Below are positions 30,979 to 45,716 of a stretch of 64,000 nt of DNA, in pieces. Location of the stretch: assembly GCA_963780355.1 (NCBI GenBank), contig CAWABT010000004.1:17724-81723 (forward strand). Direction: 5' to 3'. Position numbers and translations under genes: made by a program. Below the pieces are notes generated by a model. The model was not told the origin of the DNA and ran no database searches. It saw only the letters and a program-made list of their open reading frames with translations. The number at the start of each line of letters is the position of its first letter. Positions within the stretch are counted from its first letter, which is position 1. The stretch is from an uncultured Actinomycetota bacterium. GTDB taxonomy: Bacteria > Actinomycetota > Actinomycetes > Propionibacteriales > Nocardioidaceae.

Positions 30979-32010
30979 GTGACGCTGACCGCTTCGAACC
31001 TGGAGTCCCACGGCGACGACCACTTCGACGGCGACGCCACCGAGGGTGACGACACCGGCGGTCGCGACGTCAAGGGTCGTTCCCCGCTCCGGTTGGCGGT
31101 CTCGCGGTTCCGCAAGGACAAGCTGTCGATGGTGGCGTTCGTCATCACGGCGGTGTTCTTCGTGGCGGCGATCGCCAGCCCGATCCTGGTGAAGCTCGGC
31201 GTGCTGGATCCCAACGGGTTCAACCAGGAGCTGCTCGACTACACCAGGGGCGGCATCCCGACGGGCGCGGGGGGAGGCATCAGCTGGAGCCATCCGCTGG
31301 GGGTCGAGCCCACCACCGGCCGCGACGTCCTCTCCCGGCTCATGCTGGGCACCACGCTCTCGCTCACCATCGCGCTGACGGCGGCACTCCTCACTGTCAT
31401 GTTCGGCACCGCGATGGGCATCATCGCCGGCTTCAGCGGCGGTTTCCTCGACAGCGCCATCGGCCGGTCGATCGACCTCGTGCTGTCGTTCCCGAGCACG
31501 CTGATGCTGATCGCACTCTCCGGCGTCGTGACCGACCGGATGGGCGACATCGGCATCCCGAAGGGTCCCAACGGCGCCTTCATCGACGGCTCCTACGTCG
31601 TGATCGTGCTCGCCTTCTTCGGGTGGCCGCCGGTCGCGCGGCTGATCCGGGGTCAGGTGCTGTCGATCCGCGAGCGCGAGTTCGTCGACGCGGCGATCCT
31701 CATGGGCGCCTCCCGGTGGCGGATCTACTTCAAGGAGATCCTGCCCAACCTGTGGGCCCCGATCCTCGTCTACTTCACGCTGCTCATGCCGGCCTACGTG
31801 TCGGCCGAGGCGGCCCTCAAGTTCCTCGGCGTCGGCATCAACAACCCGACGCCCACGCTCGGCAACGTGCTCCAAGGGGCGCTCGGCTACTCGCAGACGG
31901 ACTTCGTGTTCTTCTTCGTGCCGGCCGCGATCATCGCCAGCATCGTCATCTCGTTCAACCTCCTGGGCGACGGCGCACGCGACGCCCTCGACCCGCGGGC
32001 GGCGCGGTAG
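30979..32010 (+). CDS. Oligopeptide ABC transporter permease (DppC/BldKA-like)
   Basis: HPLGVEPTTGRDVLSR, RLIRGQVLSIREREFVDAA, FNLLGDGARDALDP. Confidence 0.93.
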   Translation: MTLTASNLESHGDDHFDGDATEGDDTGGRDVKGRSPLRLAVSRFRKDKLSMVAFVITAVFFVAAIASPILVKLGVLDPNGFNQELLDYTRGGIPTGAGGGISWSHPLGVEPTTGRDVLSRLMLGTTLSLTIALTAALLTVMFGTAMGIIAGFSGGFLDSAIGRSIDLVLSFPSTLMLIALSGVVTDRMGDIGIPKGPNGAFIDGSYVVIVLAFFGWPPVARLIRGQVLSIREREFVDAAILMGASRWRIYFKEILPNLWAPILVYFTLLMPAYVSAEAALKFLGVGINNPTPTLGNVLQGALGYSQTDFVFFFVPAAIIASIVISFNLLGDGARDALDPRAAR

Positions 32011-32098
32011 CAGGTCGTCAACCCGTCCCACCTCACAGACTTTCCATAGGAAAGAACCCGCCGGCGTCTCGGCGGTGATACCCCTCGAAGGAGAAAAC

Positions 32099-33859
32099 AT
32101 GGGCAGGAAGCGCAAGCAGCTGATCGCTGTTGCCGCGTCCACCGTGCTGGCGGCCACCTTGGCCGCCTGCGGTGGCGACGACGGCGGCGGCGGTGGCAAG
32201 GGCGAGGAGCAGGAGCGCACGACCGCCGAGAAGGGCGGCACGATCAACTACATGCAGACCGCGGTCACCGAGCACCTGGACCCGCAGCGCGTGTACGTCG
32301 GCCGTGACATCTCGAACCTGGGCCGCCTGGTCTACCGCGGACTGCTGACGTTCCCCGCGGGCGAGACCGACCCGGCCAAGGGCACCACTCCGGTCCCCGA
32401 CATCGCGACCGACACCGGTACCTCCAACGAGGACGCCACCGAGTGGCAGTTCACGATCAAGGACGGCGTCAAGTGGGAGGACGGCGAGGACGTCAAGTGT
32501 GAGGACTTCGCCTACGGCGTGTCCCGCAACTTCGCCACCACCGTGATCGACGGCGGTCCGAACTTCTACCCGCGCGACTTCCTCGACGTCCCCTCGGGTG
32601 ATGACGGCGAGTCGGTCTACAAGGGTCCCTACACCGGTGAGGGCCAGGCCGAGTTCGACAAGGCCGTGTCGTGCGACGGCAGCACCATCACCTACAAGTT
32701 CCGCAAGCCCTTCCCGGACCTCCCGCTGGCGATCGCTGCGCTGCACGCGTTCGCGCCGTACCGCGAGGACCTCGACAAGGGTGACAAGAACAACCTGGTC
32801 GTCATCTCCAACGGTCCCTACAAGCTCGACGGGGACTGGAACGAGGACTCCGGCGGCACGTTCGTCCGCAACGACCAGTGGGACGGCGACGAGGACGAGA
32901 ACCGCGAGGCCAACTTCGACTCGATCACCTTCGAGATCGGCATCGAGCCCGAGGTCCAGATCGACCGCCTGATCGCTGCCGACGGGGGCGACGACGCCAA
33001 CACGATCGCCTCGACCAACATCCCGGCCTCGCGCTACGCGCAGATCACCGGTGACGTCCAGAAGCGCTCGATCCGCATCCAGTCGCCGTTCACCAACTAC
33101 CTGGTGCCCAACTTCAACCGGGTCACCAACCTGAAGGTGCGGCAGGCGCTGGCGCTGGCCACCAACCGTGCGGCCTACATCGGCGCGCTCGGCGGCGAGA
33201 ACGCCTCGAGCCCCGCGCTCACCATCGTCAGCCCCGACGTTCCCGGCCACACCGAGAACGAGGCGTTCGGCACCCCCGAGGGTGGCGACATCGAGGCTGC
33301 GAAGAAGCTCCTCGAGGAGTCCGGTGAGCCGACCCCGTACCCGATCAAGCTCACCTACCCGATCGGCTCGGAGGAGTCCGACAAGGCGTTCGCGGCCCTG
33401 AAGGACACCTACGACCAGGCCGGCTTCGAGGTGGAGCTCGAGGGTCTCGACCCGTCGGGTCCGTACTACGACACCATCCAGAAGCCGGACTCGGACAGCG
33501 ACCTCATCTGGGGTGGCTGGGGTGCCGACTGGCCGTCGATCTCCACGGTGATCCCGCCGCTGTTCGACAGCCGCATCAACCTGACCGCGACCAACAACGG
33601 TCAGGACTACGGCAACTACGACAGCGACGAGGCCAACGCCCTCATGGACGAGGCCGGCGCCGAGACCGACCTGGACGCCTCCGCCCAGAAGTGGGCCGAG
33701 GTCGACGCCAAGCTGGCCGAGGACGTCGCCTACATCCCGCTCGACACCACCAACTTCTACTACCTGCGTGGTTCCAACATCGCGAACTACGTGAACGCGG
33801 TGTCGACGAGCGGCTACCCGGACCTGGGAGTCATCTCCTTGGCCGACCCGAACGAGTGA
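32099..33859 (+). CDS. Oligopeptide ABC transporter substrate-binding lipoprotein (family 5, BldKB-like)
   Basis: Lipobox LAAC, HLDPQR, PDIAT, VKWEDG, SNGPYK, VRQALALA. Confidence 0.93.
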   Translation: MGRKRKQLIAVAASTVLAATLAACGGDDGGGGGKGEEQERTTAEKGGTINYMQTAVTEHLDPQRVYVGRDISNLGRLVYRGLLTFPAGETDPAKGTTPVPDIATDTGTSNEDATEWQFTIKDGVKWEDGEDVKCEDFAYGVSRNFATTVIDGGPNFYPRDFLDVPSGDDGESVYKGPYTGEGQAEFDKAVSCDGSTITYKFRKPFPDLPLAIAALHAFAPYREDLDKGDKNNLVVISNGPYKLDGDWNEDSGGTFVRNDQWDGDEDENREANFDSITFEIGIEPEVQIDRLIAADGGDDANTIASTNIPASRYAQITGDVQKRSIRIQSPFTNYLVPNFNRVTNLKVRQALALATNRAAYIGALGGENASSPALTIVSPDVPGHTENEAFGTPEGGDIEAAKKLLEESGEPTPYPIKLTYPIGSEESDKAFAALKDTYDQAGFEVELEGLDPSGPYYDTIQKPDSDSDLIWGGWGADWPSISTVIPPLFDSRINLTATNNGQDYGNYDSDEANALMDEAGAETDLDASAQKWAEVDAKLAEDVAYIPLDTTNFYYLRGSNIANYVNAVSTSGYPDLGVISLADPNE

Positions 33860-34040
33860 CCTGCCGATACACGCCGATCACTTGATTCACATGCACACAG
33901 TCACCAGTTCCACCAGTTCCACCAGCACCACCGGCGCTGAGGCGCCACCGGTCCGCGCGGCCCTACGTTCACACGTGGGGCCGCGCGGCACCGTCCGGGC
34001 GTAGGGTCCGGAACAGACACTGAGATCTCCGAGGTGGCAG

Positions 34041-35054
34041 ATGTTCGCGTACACGGTCCGACGGATCTTCGCTGGAGCGATCCTGCTCGTGATCATGAGC
34101 ATGGTCACCTATGTGCTCTTCTTCGCCAGCTCCGAGCAGCCCGAGCGGTTCGCCTGCGGCCCCAAGTGCACGCAGGCCCAGCTCGAGACGACCAAGAAGT
34201 CGCTGGGCTACGACGAGCCGATCTACGTCCAGTGGGGCAAGTTCGCCAAGGGCGTCGTCGTCGGCCGGGAGTTCCCCGACGACCCCGCGCTCAAGAAGAG
34301 CGCGCCCGACCTCATCACGGAGTGCCCGGCCCCGTGCATCGGCTACTCCCAGGGCTACAACACGCCGGTCCTCGAGAAGATCAAGGACGCGTTACCGATC
34401 TCGGTCTCGCTGGCGATCGTCGCCTTCATCATGTGGATGTCGGGCGGCATCTTCTTCGGGGTCTCAGCAGCATTGATGAAGGGCACCATCATCGACCGCG
34501 GCATCGTCGCGCTGTCACTGCTGGCCTTCGCCTTCCCGACGTTCTTCATCGGGCTCCTGCTCTTGCAATTCGTGGCCATCCCGCCGGGATGGCCAGACAT
34601 CCCGCGCTACACCCCGCTGACCGAGAACCCGTGGGCATGGTTCACCGGGCTCCTCATGCCGTCGTTCGTGCTGGCGCTGGTCTACATGGCCGGCTACATC
34701 CGGATGACGCGCGCGTTCGTCCTCGAGACCATGAGCGAGGACTACATCCGCACCGCGCGCGCCAAGGGCCTGCCGAAGCGCAAGGTGGTCGGCAAGCACA
34801 CCCTGCGCGCCACGCTCACCCCGCTGGTCACGCTCTCCGGGCTCGACCTGGCCGGCCTGCTCGGCGGCGCGCTGATCACCGAGACGGTCTTCAACTTCAA
34901 CGGTGTCGGTCGGCTCGCCATCCGCTCGATCCAACGATTCGACCTCCCCATCATCGTCGGCATCGTGCTGCTGGTGGCAGCCTTCGTCATCGTGGCCAAC
35001 ATCGTGGTCGACCTGCTCTACGCGGTCATCGACCCGCGCGTCCGTCTCGGCTGA
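34041..35054 (+). CDS. Oligopeptide ABC transporter permease (DppB/BldKC-like)
   Basis: MSEDYIRTARAKGL, LITETVFN, VDLLYAVIDPRVR; extracellular Cys pairs CGPKC and CPAPC. Confidence 0.93.
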   Translation: MFAYTVRRIFAGAILLVIMSMVTYVLFFASSEQPERFACGPKCTQAQLETTKKSLGYDEPIYVQWGKFAKGVVVGREFPDDPALKKSAPDLITECPAPCIGYSQGYNTPVLEKIKDALPISVSLAIVAFIMWMSGGIFFGVSAALMKGTIIDRGIVALSLLAFAFPTFFIGLLLLQFVAIPPGWPDIPRYTPLTENPWAWFTGLLMPSFVLALVYMAGYIRMTRAFVLETMSEDYIRTARAKGLPKRKVVGKHTLRATLTPLVTLSGLDLAGLLGGALITETVFNFNGVGRLAIRSIQRFDLPIIVGIVLLVAAFVIVANIVVDLLYAVIDPRVRLG

Positions 35055-35101
35055 CCGGACCGTCCCCCCGACGTCCGAGAAGCCCCGCAGAAGGAGTTCC
35101 C

Positions 35102-36210
35102 ATGTCCGCCACCGACGAGGTCACCGCGGCTGCGCCGCGCAGCAGCAAGCCCGCCGACGACGCCCCCCTGCTGGTGGTCGAGGACCTCAAGGTCCACTTC
35201 CCCTCCAGTGACGGCGTCGTCAAGGCGGTCGACGGCCTGAGCTACACCGTCGAGCGCGGCCAGACCCTCGGCATCGTGGGCGAGTCGGGCTCGGGCAAGT
35301 CCGTGTCGAGCTCGGCCATCATGGGCCTGTTCCACGGCAGCTCGGCCCAGCTGTCCGGCAGCATCCGGCTCAGCGGCCGCGACATCCTCACCCTCGAGGA
35401 GCGCGAGATGCGCCGGCTGCGCGGCCAGGACGTCGCGATGATCTTCCAGGACCCGCTCTCGGCCCTGCACCCCTACTACACCGTGGGCGCGCAGATCATC
35501 GAGGCCTACCGGGTCCACAACGACGTCTCGAAGCGGGTCGCACGCAAGCGGGCGATCGAGCTGCTCGACCGGGTCGGGATCCCGCAGCCAGACGCCCGCG
35601 TCGACTCCTACCCGCACCAGTTCTCCGGCGGCATGCGGCAGCGCGCCATGATCGCGATGGGCCTGGTCAACGACCCCGCGCTGCTCATCGCCGACGAGCC
35701 CACCACCGCGCTCGACGTCACGGTGCAGGCCCAGATCCTCGACCTGTTGCAGGACCTGCAGCGCGAGTTCAACTCGGCCGTCATCATCATCACCCACGAC
35801 CTCGGCGTCGTGGCCGAGATGACCGACGACACCCTGGTGATGTACGCCGGCCGCGCCGTCGAGTACGGCGCGACCAAGGAGATCCTCACCCATCCTGAGA
35901 TGCCGTACACCTGGGGACTGCTCTCCAGCGTGCCCGACGTCACCGGTGACACCAGCGCCAAGCTGATCCCGATCCCCGGCAACCCGCCGTCGATGCTGAA
36001 CCCGCCGACGGGTTGCGCGTTCCACCCACGGTGCCTGCACCGCGCCAAGGTGCCCGGCAACCTGTGCACCACCGACATGCCGGAGCTGTTGCCGGGCAGT
36101 CGCGGCCCGGGGCACCTGAAGCGGTGCCACCTACCCGACTCCGCGGAGATCTTCCGCGAGGAGATCCTTCCCGAGATCGCACCCGACCTCGTGGTGGAGG
36201 AGGAGCGCTG

Positions 36211-36211
<1 letters not shown>
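35102..36211 (+). CDS. Oligopeptide ABC transporter ATPase (DppD-like)
   Basis: [30 protein letters not shown]-terminal CAFHPRC. Confidence 0.95.
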
Positions 36212-37489
<1,278 letters not shown>

Positions 37490-37503
<14 letters not shown>

Positions 37504-38866
37504 CGCGCTCTTCGACGCGCCTGCCGCGGCCCCCGCGGCGGGCGCCTCGGTGGGTGGCGGCGGCTCGCTGAGCGACTCCGCGCACGCGGCGGCGCCGCTG
37601 GCCGTCCGGATGCGCCCGCGCACGCTCGACGAGCTGGCCGGCCAGGAGCAGCTGCGCGCCCCCGGCTCGCCGCTGCACCAGCTGGTGCAGGGCGACCAGT
37701 CGCTCTCGCTGCTGCTGTGGGGACCCCCGGGCACCGGCAAGACCACGATCGCCTCGATCGTCAGCCGCACCACCGGCCGCCGGTTCGTCGAGGTGTCGGC
37801 GGTGTCGGCCGGCGTCAAGGAGGTGCGCGCCGCCATCGACGCCGCCCGCCGCGAGCTGGTGCGCGGCGGCACCGAGACGGTGCTCTTCGTCGACGAGGTG
37901 CACCGCTTCAGCAAGGCCCAGCAGGACGCGCTGCTGCCCGGCGTCGAGAACCGTTGGGTCACCCTCGTCGCCGCCACCACCGAGAACCCGTTCTTCAGCG
38001 TCATCTCGCCGCTGCTCTCGCGCAGCCTGCTGCTGCGGCTGGAGCCGCTGAGCGACGACGACGTCCGCGGCGTGCTCGTCGGGGCGCTCACCGACGAGCG
38101 CGGCCTGGCAGGAGCCGTCGAGGTCGACGACGAGGCGCTGGACCACCTGGTGCGGCTGGCCGGCGGCGACGCCCGGCGCGGCCTCACCTACCTGGAGGCG
38201 GCGGCCGGTGCGGCCGCGTCCCGCGGCACGGAGCGGGTCGACCTCGAGACGGCCGAGACCGCCGTCGACCGGGCCGCGGTGCGCTACGACCGGCAGGGCG
38301 ACCAGCACTACGACGTCACCAGCGCCTTCATCAAGTCGATCCGCGGCTCCGACGCCGACGCGGCGATGCACTACCTGGCCCGGATGGTGGAGGCGGGGGA
38401 GGACCCCCGGTTCATCGCCCGGCGGCTGGTGATCCTCGCCAGCGAGGACATCGGGCTCGCCGACCCGACCGCCCTCACCACCGCCGTCGCGGCCGCGCAG
38501 GCGGTGCAGCTGATCGGGATGCCGGAGGCCGGGCTCAACCTCGCGCACGCCGTGATCGCACTGGCCGTGGCGCCGAAGTCGAACGCCGTCACCACTGCGC
38601 TCGGTGCCGCCACCGCCGACGTGCGGGCCGGCAAGGTCGGCCCGGTGCCCGCGCACCTGCGCGACGCGCACTACCCGGGCTCGCAGAAGCTCGGGCACGG
38701 CACGAGCTACACCTACAGCCACGACGCGCCGTACGGGATCGCCGAGCAGCAGTACGCCCCCGACGTCGTCGCCGACGCCGAGTACTACCGCCCCACCGAG
38801 ATCGGCGCCGAGGCCGCCGTCAAGGAGCGGTGGGAGCGGGTCCGACGCCTCATCCGCGGCAAGTAA
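37490..38866 (+). CDS. rarA: Replication-associated recombination protein A
   Basis: [49 protein letters not shown]; TTG start approximate. Confidence 0.96.
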
Positions 38867-38873
38867 CGACGGG

Positions 38874-38900
38874 GTCCGGCGGCTGATCCGGGGCGATTAA
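38874..38900 (+). repeat. Synonymously diverged duplicate of the last 9 codons of rarA
   Basis: GTC CGG CGG CTG ATC CGG GGC GAT TAA (VRRLIRGD*) versus GTC CGA CGC CTC ATC CGC GGC AAG TAA (VRRLIRGK*) at 38840-38866. Confidence 0.75.
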
Positions 38901-38904
38901 GGAC

Positions 38905-39001
38905 GTTCGTCGAGCCTGTCGAGACGCCGGGACCGATCTCGTCGACCGGCCGGGTCAGGTCGGCGAGATCGGGTCGGGGCGTCTCGACAAGCTCGACGAA
39001 C
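38905..39001. repeat. 97-bp REP-like hairpin
   Basis: GTTCGTCGAGCCTGTCGAGACGCC ... GGCGTCTCGACAAGCTCGACGAAC (1 mismatch in 24) with an inner stem. Confidence 0.8.
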
Positions 39002-39043
39002 GGGGGGTTCGGCGTCGCAGGTGATGGCCTAGGCTCGGTCCCC

Positions 39044-39547
39044 ATGACCGCCGACTGGACCGCGCCGGCCTGGGCCGTCCTCTCCGGGTGCGGCCTCGTG
39101 GTCGTCCTGGTGCTCGCACTGGCGCTGTCGCTGGCCCGCTCGCGCCGTCGCACCGCCCGCTCGCTGGCGGCCGCCCGGCGCGACGCCGAGGCGCTGCGCG
39201 AGCAGGTCGAGGCGATCGAACGGCGGCTCGCCGAGCCGACGCCGCGGCACCGGGCCGAGGCGCCGGAGCAGAGCGAGTACACGATCACGACGATCGGCCG
39301 CGAGGAGCCCGAGCCCGAGCCGGTGCCGATGGTGCCCGGCCCGCTGTTCGCCGACCTGGTGCTGCGCGAGAGCGTCGTGCAGGCCGGCTCGCTCGTGGCC
39401 GGCCTGCGGCGCGCGCTCGCGCCGGAGACCCGCAACCGGATCCGCTTCGAGATGCGGCAGGAGGTCAAGCGGGCCCGGAGGCAGCGTCGTGCCGACCTGC
39501 GCCAGGCGCGCCGCGAGTTCGAGGCACGTCAGCGGGCCGCCGCATGA
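39044..39547 (+). CDS. Conserved hypothetical membrane-anchored coiled-coil protein
   Basis: N-terminal TM segment, LAPETRNRIRFEMRQEVKRARR; TAGGCT -10 upstream; GC-rich third positions. Confidence 0.75.
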   Translation: MTADWTAPAWAVLSGCGLVVVLVLALALSLARSRRRTARSLAAARRDAEALREQVEAIERRLAEPTPRHRAEAPEQSEYTITTIGREEPEPEPVPMVPGPLFADLVLRESVVQAGSLVAGLRRALAPETRNRIRFEMRQEVKRARRQRRADLRQARREFEARQRAAA

Positions 39548-39824
39548 GCCGGGCGATCTGGTTCGTCGCCGGCACCGGCGCCGGCGTCTACGCCGCCGTG
39601 CGCGCCAAGCGCGTCGCCGAGGCGCTCAGCGTCGACGGTCTCCGCGATCGCGTGAACGCCGCCGTGGTGGGCGCGCGGATCTTCCGCGACGAGGTGGCCC
39701 AGGGCCGGGCCGAGGCCGAAACCGGGTTGCGCGAGCGGATGGGCGTCGCGCTCCATGGGGCAGAGCAGCGCCGCGCCCTCGCGGCCGTCGAGCCGCAGCA
39801 CGAGAAGGAAGAGAGCAGCACCTG

Positions 39825-39825
<1 letters not shown>
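39544..39825 (+). CDS. Small conserved protein upstream of alaS (DUF6167-like)
   Basis: MSRAIWFVAGTGAGVYAAVRAKR; ATGA overlap upstream and TGATG overlap downstream. Confidence 0.75.
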
Positions 39826-42520
<2,695 letters not shown>

Positions 42521-42524
<4 letters not shown>

Positions 42525-43003
42525 GGCTCGGTGTCCGGATCGGCCTCGACCCCGGCGACGCCCGGATCGGGGTCGCCCGGTGCGACCCGTCCGGGATGAT
42601 CGCCACCCCCGTCGAGACGGTGTCGGCGGGCCAGGGCGCGCTGCGCCGGATCCGGCGGCTGGTCGAGGAGCACGAGGCGGTCGAGGTCGTCGTCGGGCTG
42701 CCCCGGTCGCTGTCCGGCGGCGAGGGCCCGGCCGCCGTGAAGGTCCGCGAGTTCGCCGCCCGGCTCGCGGCCGCCGTCGACCCGGTGACGGTGCGGCTGG
42801 TCGACGAGCGGCTCACCACGGTGAGCGCGGAGGCTATGCTGCGCGACCGTGGCCGCAAGGGGAGCGGACGGCGAGCCGTGGTCGACCAGGCCGCCGCCGT
42901 GCTGATCCTGCAGCACGCCCTCGACAGCGAGCGCACCTCCGGTCGCGCGCCGGGCGAGACCGTGGCCGTACACCCAGACCAGGAGACGCATGACGGAGCG
43001 TGA
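42521..43003 (+). CDS. ruvX: Holliday junction resolvase RuvX / pre-16S rRNA nuclease YqgF
   Basis: IGLDPGDARIGVA, VVVGLP, VDERLTT, VDQAAAVLILQ. Confidence 0.95.
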
Positions 43004-44159
43004 CCCGCACGACCCGACCGTGGTGCCCGGCATCGCGCCCGAGCCGGGGGTCCGACGGGCCCCGGGCTCGCGTCGCCGCAAGCGGCGCGGCTCGGGCTGC
43101 CTGCCGATCCTCGTGGTGCTGGTGATCATCGGCGCCCTGGGCTACGTCGGCGTCACCCGCGGCATCGACTTCGTGCAGGACCGGCTCGGCGGCGAGGCCG
43201 AGGACTACCCGGGCCCGGGCTCTGGGCGTGTGGTGTTCGAGGTGCAGGAGGGCGACTCGGTGGCCGAGGTCGGCCGCAACCTCAAGACGGCCGAGGTGGT
43301 GGCGAGCGTCGACGCGTTCACCGAGGCGGTGGGCGGCAGCGCGCTGAACCCCCAGGTCGGCGTCTTCGTGCTCAAGAAGGAGATGAAGGCCACCGACGCG
43401 CTCGAGGTGCTCGCCAACCGCGCGAACGACAAGAGCGTCCGGCTCACCCTGCTGCCGGGGAAGACGGTGAAGGAGATCGTCACCCTGCTCGGCAAGGACA
43501 CCGAGTTCGGCAGGAAGGCGTACGAGAAGGAGCTCGACAACCCGGAGGCGCTCGGGGTGCCCGAGTACGCCGAGGGCGACGTCGAGGGCTTCCTGGCGCC
43601 GGGCGCCTACGTGTTCGGCCCGGACGACACCCCACGCACGATCCTCGGTGCGATGGTCGCGCGGTTCGTGGCCGAGGCCGACGCGGCCGGGCTCGAGGCG
43701 GGCGCCGAGGAGCTCGGCTACACACCGCTCGAGGTGATGACGGTCGCGAGCATGCTCCAGGTCGAGGGACACGAGGACGACCGCGAGAAGATCGCGCGGG
43801 TCGTCTACAACCGGCTGGAGATCGACGGCAACCCGAGCGGTGGCTTCCTCCAGGTCGACGCCACGGTGAACTACGCGCTGGGCCGCAAGGTCGCGCGGCT
43901 CACGCTCGACGAGATCGACTCGGTGGCCGACTCGCCCTACAACACCTACACCAACCAGGGGCTGCCGCCCGGCCCGATCGCCACGGTGTCCGGCAGTGCG
44001 CTGGAGGCGGCGCTGAAGCCCGCCGACGGGCCGTGGTTCTTCTACGTCACGGTGAACCTCAAGACCGGGCGCACCAAGTTCACCGAGGACCCCGACGAGT
44101 TCCAGCGGTTCAAGGCGCAGCTGGACGAGTACTGCGCGACCCAGTCCGACCGCTGCTGA
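42990..44159 (+). CDS. mltG: Endolytic transglycosylase
   Basis: TM anchor, EGFL.P..Y, VASMLQVE, VVYNRL, LQVDAT, SPYNTY..GLPPGPI. Confidence 0.93.
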   Translation: MTERDPHDPTVVPGIAPEPGVRRAPGSRRRKRRGSGCLPILVVLVIIGALGYVGVTRGIDFVQDRLGGEAEDYPGPGSGRVVFEVQEGDSVAEVGRNLKTAEVVASVDAFTEAVGGSALNPQVGVFVLKKEMKATDALEVLANRANDKSVRLTLLPGKTVKEIVTLLGKDTEFGRKAYEKELDNPEALGVPEYAEGDVEGFLAPGAYVFGPDDTPRTILGAMVARFVAEADAAGLEAGAEELGYTPLEVMTVASMLQVEGHEDDREKIARVVYNRLEIDGNPSGGFLQVDATVNYALGRKVARLTLDEIDSVADSPYNTYTNQGLPPGPIATVSGSALEAALKPADGPWFFYVTVNLKTGRTKFTEDPDEFQRFKAQLDEYCATQSDRC

Positions 44160-44169
44160 GGGCGGCCTG

Positions 44170-44976
44170 ATGCGTTGCGCGGTCCTGGGCGACCCGATCG
44201 CCCACTCGCTCTCGCCGGTGCTGCACCGCGCGGTGTACGCCGACCGCGGGCTCGACTGGACCTACGACGCCGTGCAGGTGCCGGCCGGCAGGCTGCCCGC
44301 GTTCCTCGCCGGCCTCGACGACGGGTGGCGCGGCCTGTCGCTGACGATGCCGCTCAAGCGTGAGGTGCTCGCGTCGGGCACCCACCGCAGCGCCGTCGTC
44401 GACCTGGCCGGTGCCGCCAACACCGTGGTGCTCGACGGCGCGGGTGGGGTGGCGCTCGACAACACCGACCTGCCGGGGGCCGCGGCCGCCGTCCGGGAGC
44501 GGTACGACGGGCCGGTCACCGCCGTCACGATCCTCGGCGGCGGGGCCACCGCCGCCTCGGTGGGTCTCGCGCTGTGCGACCTCGGCGCCCGTGAGGTGCG
44601 GCTGCTCGCCCGCTCGCCGGAGCGGGCGGCCGAGACGGTCGCCGCGCTGGCCCGGCATCCCGCGGCGCCCGAGGTGACCGTGGGTGACCTGGCCGCGGAC
44701 GACGTCGCCGGCGACGTACTGGTGTCGACCGTCCCGTCGGCGGCGCAGGACGCCGGACTCGTGGCGCGGTGCGCCGGCGTGCCGGTGGTGTTCGAGGTGG
44801 TCTACGACCCGTGGCCGACGCCGCTCGCCGCCGCGGCCGCCGACCGCACCCTCGTGAGCGGGCTCGACCTGCTGGTGCACCAGGCCGCGCTCCAGCACGC
44901 GCTGTTCACCGGCGAGCCGGCCGACCCGGCCGTGGTCGCGGTCATGCGCGAGGCGGGGGAGCGGGCGCTGCGGTGA
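44170..44976 (+). CDS. aroE: Shikimate dehydrogenase
   Basis: GDPIAHSLSP.LH, GLSLTMPLK, AANT, DNTD, GGGATA. Confidence 0.95.
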   Translation: MRCAVLGDPIAHSLSPVLHRAVYADRGLDWTYDAVQVPAGRLPAFLAGLDDGWRGLSLTMPLKREVLASGTHRSAVVDLAGAANTVVLDGAGGVALDNTDLPGAAAAVRERYDGPVTAVTILGGGATAASVGLALCDLGAREVRLLARSPERAAETVAALARHPAAPEVTVGDLAADDVAGDVLVSTVPSAAQDAGLVARCAGVPVVFEVVYDPWPTPLAAAAADRTLVSGLDLLVHQAALQHALFTGEPADPAVVAVMREAGERALR

Positions 44977-45701
44977 GCGTCGCCGAGGCCGTGCAGGCCG
45001 CCGTCGCGAGCGCGGCGGCATGCGCGCTGGCCGCCGTGCTGGTGGCCCGGCTGGTCGGCCGGCTGCCCGAGCCGGAGCCCGACCCCGAGCTCGAGGCCGC
45101 AGAGGGGCCGAAGGAGCCGTACCGGGAGATGGCGGTCGCCCCCGGGTTCGCGGCGTCCGTGGTGTGGGCGGCGGCCGCGGTCGGCGCGGTGGCCGGTGCC
45201 TCGCTCGGCTGGGACTGGTACCTCGCCGTCGTGCTGCCCGTGACGCCGCTCGGTGCGGCGCTCGCGGTCGTCGACCTGCGGGCGCGGCTGCTGCCGAGGT
45301 GGCTGGTGTACCCCGCGCTGGCGCTCGCCGTCGCCGGGGCGCTCGTCGTGTGGGCGGTCACCGGGGAGCACGACGTCCTGCTGCGCGGCGGGCTCGGCTA
45401 CCTGATCGCACTGGCGGTCTACGAGCTCCTGTGGCGGATCAGCCCGAACGGGCTGGGGTACGGCGACGTCCGGGCGGCCGCGCTCGCCGGCTTCCTGCTC
45501 GCGCCGCTCGGCTGGGAGACCTACGTGGTGGCGCTGTGGCTGTCGTCGGCGCTCCTCGGGGTGCCGGCGCTCGTACGGGCCGTGATGCGGCGGGACCGCG
45601 GCCTGCTCCGGGCCCACTACCCGTTCGGCCCGTTCCTCCTCGGCGCGGTGCCCGTCGGTCTCGCCATCCAGCGGCCGCTCACGGCCCTCCTCTCCGGCTA
45701 G
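44973..45701 (+). CDS. A24 family (prepilin-type) aspartic peptidase
   Basis: Multi-TM, VVDLRARLLP, GLGYGDVR, PFGPF; position between aroE and aroC is common in actinobacteria. Confidence 0.85.
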   Translation: MSVAEAVQAAVASAAACALAAVLVARLVGRLPEPEPDPELEAAEGPKEPYREMAVAPGFAASVVWAAAAVGAVAGASLGWDWYLAVVLPVTPLGAALAVVDLRARLLPRWLVYPALALAVAGALVVWAVTGEHDVLLRGGLGYLIALAVYELLWRISPNGLGYGDVRAAALAGFLLAPLGWETYVVALWLSSALLGVPALVRAVMRRDRGLLRAHYPFGPFLLGAVPVGLAIQRPLTALLSG

Positions 45702-45716
45702 GGGAGACTTGCCCGC

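Noticed and set aside
44973-45701. A24 prepilin peptidase as the processing enzyme for the 8803-14390 pilins
   Set aside because: The pilins lack a class III signal (cleavage before the hydrophobic stretch, Glu+5), and this gene sits in its usual aro-operon position
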